From Candidatus Zapsychrus exili (lineage in GTDB: Bacteria > Omnitrophota > Gorgyraeia > Zapsychrales > Zapsychraceae): a stretch of 39,822 bases of DNA. Location: positions 1-39,822 of the forward strand of contig JAVCCJ010000057.1 of assembly GCA_030765585.1 (NCBI GenBank), in the 5' to 3' direction. Positions 18,974 through 27,824 of the stretch are shown here, piece after piece (position 1 is the stretch's first letter; each line of letters opens with the position of its first letter). The translations under genes and the position numbers were made by a program. The notes beneath the pieces were generated by a model. It saw only the letters and a program-made list of their open reading frames with translations. It was not told the origin of the DNA and ran no database searches.

Positions 18974-20794
18974 TTAATTTAAAAATACTTTCTTCCATTT
19001 TGACAGCTGTATCAACTTCCATCTATCACCTGCATTAGTGCAATGAAACTTATTTCTCTTAAATATTTCCGGCAATGCATCTGACAAATCTTCATAACTA
19101 TCAACCGCTAACTTTTGCCAACTCTTTTGCTTCATCCAAGCATCTTGAGGAGCATCAAATCCAACCTTATCTTTTCTGTTTAATATCTCAGATATCGTAT
19201 ATTTTCCCAAAGCCTTCTTCTGTAGATATTTTGTCTCACCTTTACTTATCTTAAGTTTCTCAGACACGCCTAATACATACTCAATCAGACGATGATCAAG
19301 ATAAGGCACTCGCGCCTCCACGGAGAATGCCATAGAATTCTTGTCTTCAGAATTAAGCAAATGTTCTAATTTATATTGAAAATGTTGCGCAAGGCTTGCA
19401 TTTAAATTATCAGCTTCCATAAATTTATTAAAAACTATACTCCTATCAACATGATAATCAAAAAACTCTTTGTTTAAATATTGTGAGCTACTAAGAAGCG
19501 CGTATTTCTTAAGCGTTCTTGGAAGAAGCTTATAAAGCAAAGCCTGATATGACTTAACGTTTTGCTTTCTTACAATAAGACTAACAAAACCATTCATAAA
19601 TTCTTTATATTGTTTTCTTTTAAGTAAACCATACAAATAAAATCCATGTAAATATTGATAGCCTGCAAAGTTCTCATCTCCGCCCTGTCCGTCTAAAAGA
19701 ACAGTCACTCCCTCTTCTTTAGCTTTCTTCATAACTTCATACTGCGCATAATAAGATGCAGAAAGACATGGCTCATCTTGAGCGTACACAAACTTATCTA
19801 AGGATTCAAACGCAGCATCAAGCCTCGGCAATATCTTATAATTCTTAAAATCATAAGTTTTTCCCAAAGCCTCTATAAAGGAACTCTCGTCTTTTAAAAA
19901 TCCAGGAAAACTCGCAGTAAATGTAGAGTAGTTTTCATCAATTAATTTATGCTGAGATAAAATACCTAAGATAATTGATGAATCTAATCCTCCACTTAAA
20001 CAAGACCCGACAGTAACATCGCTTCTTAACCTAAGCTTTACAGAAGAAACCAATATCTCCTCAATGTCCTTTAAAATCTGCTCTTGTGATTCATTATTTT
20101 GATTACTAACAAATTCCTCTGGACTCCACCATTTTGTTAAATTAAGCCCATCCTTATCAAAAACACCATAATGCCCTTTTGGAACTTTCTTAATCTCATT
20201 TAAAAATGTTTCATCATATAAATTTGTTCTGTTAAAAACAAAATAATCAAACACTACCTGTTTATTAAGAGAGCTTTTCAAATCTGGAATCGCACGAAAA
20301 GATTTTATCTCAGAGGCAAAATATAACTTTGAACGAGAACAAATATAATACAAAGGCTTAATTCCCACTCTATCTCTTGCTAAAAAGAGCGAGTCTTGAT
20401 CCTTATCATAAATCGCAAAGGCAAACATTCCATTTAGCTTAGACAAACAATCCTTACCATAGGCTTGATAACACTTTAGGAGCACCTCGGTATCTGTCTT
20501 AGTTCTAAACTCTACGCCTTTTTGTTTTAGCTCTTCTCTTAGCTCGATATAATTATAAATCTCTCCATTAAATACAAGGCTATATCTTCCGTCGGAAGAA
20601 CAAAAAGGCTGATGGCCATCTTTAGATAAATCGATTATCGACAATCTTCTGTGGCCTAAAACACACTTTTCTGAAATATACATTCCCTCATCATCAGGAC
20701 CACGATGCCTTTGTATAAAGTTCATAGACTTAACTATGTCAATCTCAGACTTTTTAATATTTTTATTATTGAATATACCTGATATTCCGCACAT
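18974..20794 (-). CDS. asnB: Asparagine synthase-like glutamine amidotransferase (probably glycan amidation)
   Basis: MCGI Ntn start, HRGPD, RLSIID, FNGEIYN, LSGGLDSS, GQGGDE, RVPYLD. Confidence 0.93.
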   Translation of the reverse strand: MCGISGIFNNKNIKKSEIDIVKSMNFIQRHRGPDDEGMYISEKCVLGHRRLSIIDLSKDGHQPFCSSDGRYSLVFNGEIYNYIELREELKQKGVEFRTKTDTEVLLKCYQAYGKDCLSKLNGMFAFAIYDKDQDSLFLARDRVGIKPLYYICSRSKLYFASEIKSFRAIPDLKSSLNKQVVFDYFVFNRTNLYDETFLNEIKKVPKGHYGVFDKDGLNLTKWWSPEEFVSNQNNESQEQILKDIEEILVSSVKLRLRSDVTVGSCLSGGLDSSIILGILSQHKLIDENYSTFTASFPGFLKDESSFIEALGKTYDFKNYKILPRLDAAFESLDKFVYAQDEPCLSASYYAQYEVMKKAKEEGVTVLLDGQGGDENFAGYQYLHGFYLYGLLKRKQYKEFMNGFVSLIVRKQNVKSYQALLYKLLPRTLKKYALLSSSQYLNKEFFDYHVDRSIVFNKFMEADNLNASLAQHFQYKLEHLLNSEDKNSMAFSVEARVPYLDHRLIEYVLGVSEKLKISKGETKYLQKKALGKYTISEILNRKDKVGFDAPQDAWMKQKSWQKLAVDSYEDLSDALPEIFKRNKFHCTNAGDRWKLIQLSKWKKVFLN

Positions 20795-20831
20795 AAGTGT
20801 TCTTCTCTTTTTAAAAAACTCGAAATCTACA

Positions 20832-20936
20832 TTGTCATTGCGAACGAGGCATTAGCCGAGTGTGGCAATCTCATACAGATGCAACCTTATCATTATATAT
20901 GGGATTGCCACGTCATGTCGCTCCTCGCAATGACAA
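20832..20936. repeat. TGTCATTGCGA-type palindromic repeat element
   Basis: 12-bp terminal IR TTGTCATTGCGA/TCGCAATGACAA; internal IR GTGGCAATCTCATA/TATGGGATTGCCAC. Confidence 0.8.
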
Positions 20937-20942
20937 ACTACC

Positions 20943-22025
20943 TTAATTTTTTACAGTATAGTATTTTATAACTTCAGTAATAAAACTAGCTACATCAATT
21001 GTTTCAACCAATAGGATTTTCTTTTTATTTCTCCACTGGCTTTTAAGATTGTCATTCTTTAAAAGCTCATCTATCTTGCTAAGAAGCTCTTGGGGCTTTG
21101 AAGGGCTTATGTCAAATAAGAGCCCATACATATCTTCTAACTTCTTAAACACACTATGTATTCCAACAAAATCATTAAACCTAATTGCAGGCGTTCCTAA
21201 AATTGCAGCCTCGAGCGTCATTGTCTGGCTGTCTCCAATGAAAAGATCTGCGAAACTTAAAACATGAAAAATATCTTTTGGATTAACATTCAATCTATAC
21301 TGCTCAAATTCCTCTAGTAATGGCCTTTCTGAGGTGATAAAAACCTTTCCATAACCTTTTAACTTATCAATAATTTGCCTAGCAAGATCGTCGCTGATTC
21401 CCTTTTTACCCTTATCATGACTTGCAGAAAACTCGACTAAGCGCAATACAAAATATCTTGTCCCTTCAGGATTAAATTGTTCAACTATTTGTTTATCAGG
21501 AGTAAAGTATCTCGGATGCAAATAAGCTAGCTCATGGTAGCCTTCATATGTTATTTTTTTATTTTTCCATAACTTTAAATCGCAACAATTAGGAATTATA
21601 ACTTTTGTAGCAAAAGGATAAGTAATATAGTTCTCAGGGGTCGCAACCGTATCATCTTCACAAACATATAAAGAAGGTATTCCCATAACTGCCCCTACAT
21701 GGACAATGCTTCTTTCTGAACCTATCATTAAATCAGCTTTATTCTTTTTTAAATACTTAAATAAACGAAACCATGTCTTAATTAAATATACTGCTAGTGC
21801 TAAATAATGCGGCATTCGTTTGCTTCGTCTACCTTCAGGAAATATATTTGTATATTCCCATCCTTCCTCTAAAAGCAAATCTTCTAAAATATCTTTCTTG
21901 ACAATAACAATAGAGATATCATATTTTTGTCTTTTTAGATTAATTATTACGTTTTTGAAAAGATGATAATGCGCAGGATGGTTTAGAAAAAATAATATTT
22001 TTTTTGTGGGGGGATTCATTTCCAT
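20943..22025 (-). CDS. DUF354 domain protein (GT-B-like)
   Basis: NHPAHYHLFK, YEGYHELAYL, ASHD, GDSQTMTLEAAILGTP; the upstream part of the track ORF is repeat DNA. Confidence 0.85.
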   Translation of the reverse strand: MEMNPPTKKILFFLNHPAHYHLFKNVIINLKRQKYDISIVIVKKDILEDLLLEEGWEYTNIFPEGRRSKRMPHYLALAVYLIKTWFRLFKYLKKNKADLMIGSERSIVHVGAVMGIPSLYVCEDDTVATPENYITYPFATKVIIPNCCDLKLWKNKKITYEGYHELAYLHPRYFTPDKQIVEQFNPEGTRYFVLRLVEFSASHDKGKKGISDDLARQIIDKLKGYGKVFITSERPLLEEFEQYRLNVNPKDIFHVLSFADLFIGDSQTMTLEAAILGTPAIRFNDFVGIHSVFKKLEDMYGLLFDISPSKPQELLSKIDELLKNDNLKSQWRNKKKILLVETIDVASFITEVIKYYTVKN

Positions 22026-22037
22026 ATTTATATATTC

Positions 22038-22137
22038 TGTCATTCCGGTTTGCGCAACAATACCGGAATCTCCTAACAGATCCCTTGTCCGTAAAGGGAC
22101 GTAATCCCAACGAAACTTTACGTGCCTTCGCAGGGAT
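22038..22137. repeat. TGTCATTCC-type palindromic element with a nested CGTAAAG module
   Basis: TGTCATTCCGGT...ACCGGAATCT hairpin, then 22079-22137 matching the reverse complement of 27668-27725 at 52/59. Confidence 0.8.
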
Positions 22138-22156
22138 AAATTCAAATACTAAATCT

Positions 22157-22244
22157 AGATCTCGACATTCACTTTATGAAGTCGGGATAAATTCGGACTT
22201 ATAACTTACACTTCTTTTAGTCGCGTAAGTTATGTCCTCATTTA
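22157..22244 (-). repeat. Dispersed two-hairpin repeat, copy 2
   Basis: Minus strand TAAATGAGGACATAACTTACG..GTAAGTTATAAGTCCGAATTTATCCC..GTCGAGATCT; overlaps the GT2 stop codon. Confidence 0.65.
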
Positions 22245-23182
22245 CTTACTTCCATGTCAAACCACATTCCAAACAACAAAAACTGTAAGCCTGTAATGAC
22301 CATCATCGCACATAGTATTGATTTAGGCCCTGTTGCGCCACCAGCGAAATATTCTAAATACAACAAGTTAAATCCTAAAATCATTCCTAGCGGAAATAAA
22401 ATCATCCCTAGAAAATAAAAGAACACTAGAGGATGAAAATCCATATAAACATATTTAAAAAACATACGCCAAAAGAATCCTTTAATAAGCATAGGAGACA
22501 CTCTTAATGCATATCTAAAACCTTTTATCTGAGATTGTCTTTCGCCTTTTAAATAGATTGGAGCGCGAGGAACGTCACGAACGCGCAGACCATATGCATT
22601 GAGTCTTATAAGAAAATCCATTGGATATCCATATCTTTTCCAGGCTTTGTCCCAATCGATTATATCTATCGCTCTTTTGGTAATAGCTGTATATCCGTCG
22701 ACAACATCCATAATCTTGTAATATCCAGATGCGATCTTGGTTAATGCTGTAATAATAATGTTGCCAAAAATTCTTATCCTAGGCATCTTTTCTCTGGTCT
22801 TTTCCCAAAAGAAAAATCTATTGCCCTTTACATAGTCAGCTTGTTTATCAATAAGCGGATCTAGAAAACCATTGATCTCATCTAAAGACATTTGAGAATC
22901 TCCGCCAATAACAACAGAAATATCATATCCTTCTTTAGATGCCTTTAAATATCCTGTTATAATTGCCTGCCCTGGGCCCTGATTCTTATCATGCTTGATA
23001 AGTTCGATACGGCTATCACGCTCTGCAAGCTCTTTTACAACAGATACCATATTATCCTTGCTTGCATCATCTACTACATAGACCTTGTCGACTATATCTG
23101 GAATATTTTCCAATGTAGGCTTAATAAGTTTTTGCTCATTATAAGCCGGAATAACAACTGCTATTTTATTATCTCTATACAT
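22238..23182 (-). CDS. GT2 glycosyltransferase with two C-terminal TM helices
   Basis: VVIPAYNE, VDDASKD, GGDSQM, KGNRF, DVVDGYTA. Confidence 0.9.
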   Translation of the reverse strand: MYRDNKIAVVIPAYNEQKLIKPTLENIPDIVDKVYVVDDASKDNMVSVVKELAERDSRIELIKHDKNQGPGQAIITGYLKASKEGYDISVVIGGDSQMSLDEINGFLDPLIDKQADYVKGNRFFFWEKTREKMPRIRIFGNIIITALTKIASGYYKIMDVVDGYTAITKRAIDIIDWDKAWKRYGYPMDFLIRLNAYGLRVRDVPRAPIYLKGERQSQIKGFRYALRVSPMLIKGFFWRMFFKYVYMDFHPLVFFYFLGMILFPLGMILGFNLLYLEYFAGGATGPKSILCAMMVITGLQFLLFGMWFDMEVSK

Positions 23183-23198
23183 AATTAATTTTTATTAA

Positions 23199-23280
23199 AT
23201 ACTAGGTTCTAGATACTAGATACTCGATAAAAACTTAAACAATATCATCTAGCATCTAGCATCGAGCATCGAGCATCCAG
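23199..23280. repeat. Inverted pair of tandem heptamer arrays
   Basis: ATACTAG-like x4 (23199-23226) and CATCTAG/CATCGAG-like x5 (23246-23280), approximately reverse complementary. Confidence 0.8.
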
Positions 23281-24376
23281 TTTTTGCCTCTTGTTTTAAT
23301 ACATCAACTATTTTTTCTATTTCCTCGTCTTCTAATTCTGCAAACATAGGAAGAGATAAAATCTGTTCGCTATATTCTTCTGTCAAAGGAAAGTCTCCTT
23401 TTTTATATCCTAAGTTCGCATAAACATCTTGAAAATGAATTGGGATAGGATAATGTATACCAGACTCAATTCCAGCTTCAGACAACTTCTCTCTTAACTC
23501 ATCACGATTACTCACCCTCACAATATAAAGATGATAAACATGATCTGCATTGTCTGCTTCAAAAGGAGTAACGATACCAGAATCTTTTAGTAACTCATTA
23601 TATTTCGCAGCATTTTTTTGTCTATTTTTAGTCCACTCTGGAAGATGTTTTAATTTCACATTTAAAATAGCAGCCTGTATTTCATCCATTCTATAATTAT
23701 AACCATTCATATCATGTCTGTATTTATCTATTCGCCCATGATTAGCCAGCTTCCTCATTTTATTAGCAAGCTCTTCATTGTTGGTTATAACCATTCCAGC
23801 GTCGCCATAAGCTCCTAAATTTTTTCCAGGATAAAAACTAAAGCAAACTATATCGCCAAACTTTCCAATAGGCTGTCCTTTATATTCTGACATATGTCCT
23901 TGAGCTGCATCAAAAATAACTTTCAAGTTATACTTTTTAGCAAGATTCATAATCGCATCAATATCACAAGGCTGTCCATATAAATGAACAGGCATAAGCA
24001 CCTTAGTCTTATCTGTTATCGCCGCTTCTATTTTACTGACATCAATATTGTATGTCTTAGCATCTATATCAACTAAGCGTATAGTCGCCTTTGTTTGCGC
24101 TATAGCTTCTGTTGTTGCGATAAACGTATTTGCGACAGTGATAACCTCGTCACCCTCTTTGACGCCTAAAGCCTCGAGCGCTAAATGAAGCGCTGTTGTG
24201 CCGCTACTAGCCGCTATTCCAAACTTAGCTCCTGAAATGCTAGAAAAATCTTCTTCTAGCTTTTTAACACGAGCTCCACTTATAAATGATGCATTATCAA
24301 GGCAATCTGCTATCGCCGTATCGATTTCTTCTTTTATTGAAAGGTATTGTCTTTTAAGGTCTACGAACTTAATCAT
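23249..24376 (-). CDS. DegT/DnrJ/EryC1/StrS PLP aminotransferase (WbpE-like)
   Basis: SSGTTAL, PVHLYGQ, DAAQ, FSFYPGKNLGAYGDAG, GIHYP. Confidence 0.95.
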   Translation of the reverse strand: MIKFVDLKRQYLSIKEEIDTAIADCLDNASFISGARVKKLEEDFSSISGAKFGIAASSGTTALHLALEALGVKEGDEVITVANTFIATTEAIAQTKATIRLVDIDAKTYNIDVSKIEAAITDKTKVLMPVHLYGQPCDIDAIMNLAKKYNLKVIFDAAQGHMSEYKGQPIGKFGDIVCFSFYPGKNLGAYGDAGMVITNNEELANKMRKLANHGRIDKYRHDMNGYNYRMDEIQAAILNVKLKHLPEWTKNRQKNAAKYNELLKDSGIVTPFEADNADHVYHLYIVRVSNRDELREKLSEAGIESGIHYPIPIHFQDVYANLGYKKGDFPLTEEYSEQILSLPMFAELEDEEIEKIVDVLKQEAKTGCSMLDARC

Positions 24377-25392
24377 AATTTTATATTCTCCCCATTTCTC
24401 TTCATTGATTCTTGCGCTGCTTCTAGAATCTTTACCACTTTAAGACCATCTTCACCATTAGTCAGAGGCTCTTTATTATTATTTATACAATCCACAAAAT
24501 GATTACATTCTTCTTTTAAGGGCTCTACAAAATCAATCTTAGGAAATGTCACATCCCCTGCAGACTTAATTAATTGATATTTTCCAAAATCATCAAATGG
24601 CCCTAGCGAATCAGAAATATTTTGTTTCTTTATACCCTTATCATAAATCTGTATTTTTGAATCTGCCATATCGTCATATATTATCATTTTCTCGCTTCCA
24701 ACCACTGTCATCTTTCTTACCTTACTTGGATCAAGCCAGCTGACCTGAATATGCGCAACAATGTCCCCAGGAAAATGCATAACAACAAAAGAAATATCTT
24801 CAATACCCTTTTGGATAAAATCATAACCGCGAGCAGACACCATAGTTGGCATACTGCCTATTAAATAAAGCAAAATAGATATGTCATGTGGTGCCAAATT
24901 CCATAGAACATTTATATCTTTTCTTACTATTCCAAAATTAAGTCTTCTTGAATAAAAGTAATATGGTTTTCCTACTGTGCCCTTTTCTATCTGTCTTTTA
25001 AGTTCTTGTACTGCTCCATTATACTCAAATGTGTGTCCTACCATTAATTTGCAATTGTTCTTTTTAGATAAGGCAACAAGCTCCTCTGCCTCTTTGGTGC
25101 TCATGGCAAGCGGCTTTTCCACTAAAACATGTTTTTTATTCTCAATTACCTGTTTTGCAAGGCTGTAATGTGTGGATGCGGGAGTTGCGATAACAATTGC
25201 ATCTATATCATCGCAGAACAAATCCTTATGATCTTTAGTTGTTTTTATATCAGGATACTTTTTATTGATATAACTTATACGGGAGTCATCGAGTTCTGAG
25301 ACTTGTTTGACCACACAGTCTCTACAATCCGACAAATTTCTTAAAAGATTCGGCCCCCAGTAACCACAGCCAATTATACCAATATTAATCAT
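24373..25392 (-). CDS. Gfo/Idh/MocA oxidoreductase (paralog of 4293-5306)
   Basis: GIIGCGYWG, VEKP, MVGHTF, WNLAPHD, VSWLDP. Confidence 0.9.
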   Translation of the reverse strand: MINIGIIGCGYWGPNLLRNLSDCRDCVVKQVSELDDSRISYINKKYPDIKTTKDHKDLFCDDIDAIVIATPASTHYSLAKQVIENKKHVLVEKPLAMSTKEAEELVALSKKNNCKLMVGHTFEYNGAVQELKRQIEKGTVGKPYYFYSRRLNFGIVRKDINVLWNLAPHDISILLYLIGSMPTMVSARGYDFIQKGIEDISFVVMHFPGDIVAHIQVSWLDPSKVRKMTVVGSEKMIIYDDMADSKIQIYDKGIKKQNISDSLGPFDDFGKYQLIKSAGDVTFPKIDFVEPLKEECNHFVDCINNNKEPLTNGEDGLKVVKILEAAQESMKRNGENIKL

Positions 25393-25506
25393 AGGAAAAT
25401 GTTGAATTGAATTAAATCGAATTAAATCTTGAGGATATTAAGATATCATCAATTTCTATATATTAAAAGTATTTTTTTTAACTTAATTAAGTATTAGTAT
25501 TAATAC

Positions 25507-27636
25507 TTATCTATCTATTTTATCTTTTATTTGCTTCAATAACTTGGGATCAATCTTTGCGCCATACATTTTTGCAGATTTTACATTAGATAGGGTCTCT
25601 TCATAGCGATTAGCCATAGCAAATAAATTTGCCATTTTTATATAAACCTCAGGCAAATAAGGAAACAAGACTACAGCTTTGTTATAACTGGCAAAAGCAC
25701 TATTTAAGTCACCGCTATTAATGTATAAATCGCCCAAACTAATAAAATAATTATAAAAATATGATCTTGCCTTAAAATTAGTAATGTAACTTATGGCAAA
25801 TTTATTTATCTCCCCTATTCTACCTTCATCAGTTATTAGCTTAGCGTTATCTTGCTCTTTAGATATAACTGCTATCACTTCATCAGTATTCGCTCCAAAA
25901 ACACCTGCTCTTCCCTTTTTGCAAATAGCTTCGTTTTCTTTAGAATAATAAATATTTCTATCAGCTTGCTGCCAGAATGGATACGACAACCATCTGCAAT
26001 GATTATATTCTTCTAAATATCTCTGAGTTCCTATTATATGTTTATCTAGCTTAATAAAGCGAACCGCAACCCCTACAATATGCAAACAAAACAAGCTTAA
26101 AACAATTACCTTAAACCATGTCTTTACTTTTTGCCCCTGCATAAAGTTTGCACCATTTAGCTCTGTAAATAAAAGGTGTGCAGCGCTAAGAATATAAAAA
26201 CAAATCGCATAAATAGAATACCAATGATGTATTTCTGTATACCTCATAGAGGACGCAAAACTAAAACAAAGTCCGACAAAAAGCAAGAATAGCGAGAATA
26301 GATATCTCTTTTTCTCTTTCGTTTTCTTTACTAAAAGCCGCCACATTGACACCATTAAAACAACTAGCTCGACGATAAATAAATTGAAAATAAATACTGG
26401 AACCGACTTTAATTCTTTATATATTTCAATAAAATTATTAAGCGCCAATACCTTGTTCTTCATAATTCCGGTAAAATAAAAATTTGAAAATGTTGCATAA
26501 ACAAAGTTTTGCGTATTATTTAAATATCCCTTAAACGATGCCGCCGCTGGAATACAAACAAGATATATAGATACAATTCCGCCTAATATCAATAAATTAA
26601 TAAACAATACTAGCGAATAAAGTTTTGCAACCAGACCGCTTTTCTTTATCTTGCACAAAACAAAGAAAACAACTGACGCAACAAGCAACGATATTAAAAT
26701 AGTCAAAGGAATAGTGATAAAGCTATCCCTCAAAGGTGCTGGGCCATAAAGCCAAGAATATATATACCTAGACATCTTCGGTATATACGCATAATCAACA
26801 TGGTCTGGTCTTCTGACAGACCACCAAGGGAATATAAGAATGTTTAAAATTGAAACAAAAAGGCAAGGAAACAAACTCTTAGTGCTTCGTTCACTATCAC
26901 TTTTTATATCATTTGAGGAAAATAGATAATAAAACATAAAGAGAATATAGAAGAAAATCGCAGGAGCTATTTGAACCTTTGAAAAGATAGACAGCCCAAA
27001 GAAACATCCACTAAAAATAAAGAATCTAAAATATTTAAGAACTGATAATTTGTTTTTTTGTAAAAAACTAAAGGTAAAATAAAAGGCAATAAAAAAGAAT
27101 AGCAGACTTAATGTCTCAGGCCTTACAACAGACACATGATAAATAACACGTTCTGATGTAATCAATATAAACGTCCACATAAAGCCAAACAACTTGCTTT
27201 TAGTTAAGCGATAAAATACGCCGTACATAAGAATGGAAAATAAAATTGCAATAAAAAACGCGCCCATACGACAAATATACGTTGCTCGCTCTACTATATT
27301 TAAGACATCTCTTATGCTTGTTGCATCCTTTAGATGTAATAATTGTTTATAATCACTGTTTACTGTTGCTGCTACCTTCATTGCAAAGCCATAAATGTTG
27401 TAATGAGTAATAGCGGGATAAAAAACGTGCGTGGCAGGATCTCCGTCATTGATTAACGAAGCTGATTCGACAGCAAATACAGAATCAATATCATTGCCAA
27501 ATCTAAAATACCAAGGATAAGAAGAGTTTCCTACTCCTTTAAAAAAATACCAGGAAACCCAAAGGCATATAATAACAATGGCTACTGTATGTAAGAAAGT
27601 TTTTTTATGTAGTGGAAGGTTTTTGAAAAGTTTCAT
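25507..27636 (-). CDS. Large multi-pass membrane protein (GT-C-like) with C-terminal TPR
   Basis: Many TM helices, VRPE and FSKVQ; C-terminal LGDLY..GD..SA..YNKA..P..Y TPR pattern. Confidence 0.7.
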   Translation of the reverse strand: MKLFKNLPLHKKTFLHTVAIVIICLWVSWYFFKGVGNSSYPWYFRFGNDIDSVFAVESASLINDGDPATHVFYPAITHYNIYGFAMKVAATVNSDYKQLLHLKDATSIRDVLNIVERATYICRMGAFFIAILFSILMYGVFYRLTKSKLFGFMWTFILITSERVIYHVSVVRPETLSLLFFFIAFYFTFSFLQKNKLSVLKYFRFFIFSGCFFGLSIFSKVQIAPAIFFYILFMFYYLFSSNDIKSDSERSTKSLFPCLFVSILNILIFPWWSVRRPDHVDYAYIPKMSRYIYSWLYGPAPLRDSFITIPLTILISLLVASVVFFVLCKIKKSGLVAKLYSLVLFINLLILGGIVSIYLVCIPAAASFKGYLNNTQNFVYATFSNFYFTGIMKNKVLALNNFIEIYKELKSVPVFIFNLFIVELVVLMVSMWRLLVKKTKEKKRYLFSLFLLFVGLCFSFASSMRYTEIHHWYSIYAICFYILSAAHLLFTELNGANFMQGQKVKTWFKVIVLSLFCLHIVGVAVRFIKLDKHIIGTQRYLEEYNHCRWLSYPFWQQADRNIYYSKENEAICKKGRAGVFGANTDEVIAVISKEQDNAKLITDEGRIGEINKFAISYITNFKARSYFYNYFISLGDLYINSGDLNSAFASYNKAVVLFPYLPEVYIKMANLFAMANRYEETLSNVKSAKMYGAKIDPKLLKQIKDKIDR

Positions 27637-27643
27637 AAAGATT

Positions 27644-27801
27644 TGTCATCCCTGCGACTTTTTTGTCATCCCTGCGAAGGCACGTAAAGTCCCGTTGAGA
27701 CCACGTCCCTTTACGGGCAGGGATCTCCGCTTTTAAGAACTACTACTTCGCAATTGTTTAAGAGATTACTGTCTCCGCTTGACAGCTTCACAGGAATGAC
27801 A
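27644..27801. repeat. TGTCATCCC...GGAATGACA palindromic element with duplicated left end and nested module
   Basis: TGTCATCCCTGCGA twice (27644 and 27664), GGGATCTC, GAGATT...GGAATGACA. Confidence 0.8.
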
Positions 27802-27824
27802 GCATGCTTGTACTCTACCTCTCA

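Noticed and set aside
22026..22145. N-terminal extension of the DUF354 ORF in the track
   Set aside because: It is translated repeat DNA; family similarity starts at KKILFFLNHPAH.
23199..23280. CRISPR array
   Set aside because: Only 7-bp tandem units without spacers; no regularly spaced 25-40-bp repeats or cas genes anywhere in the window.
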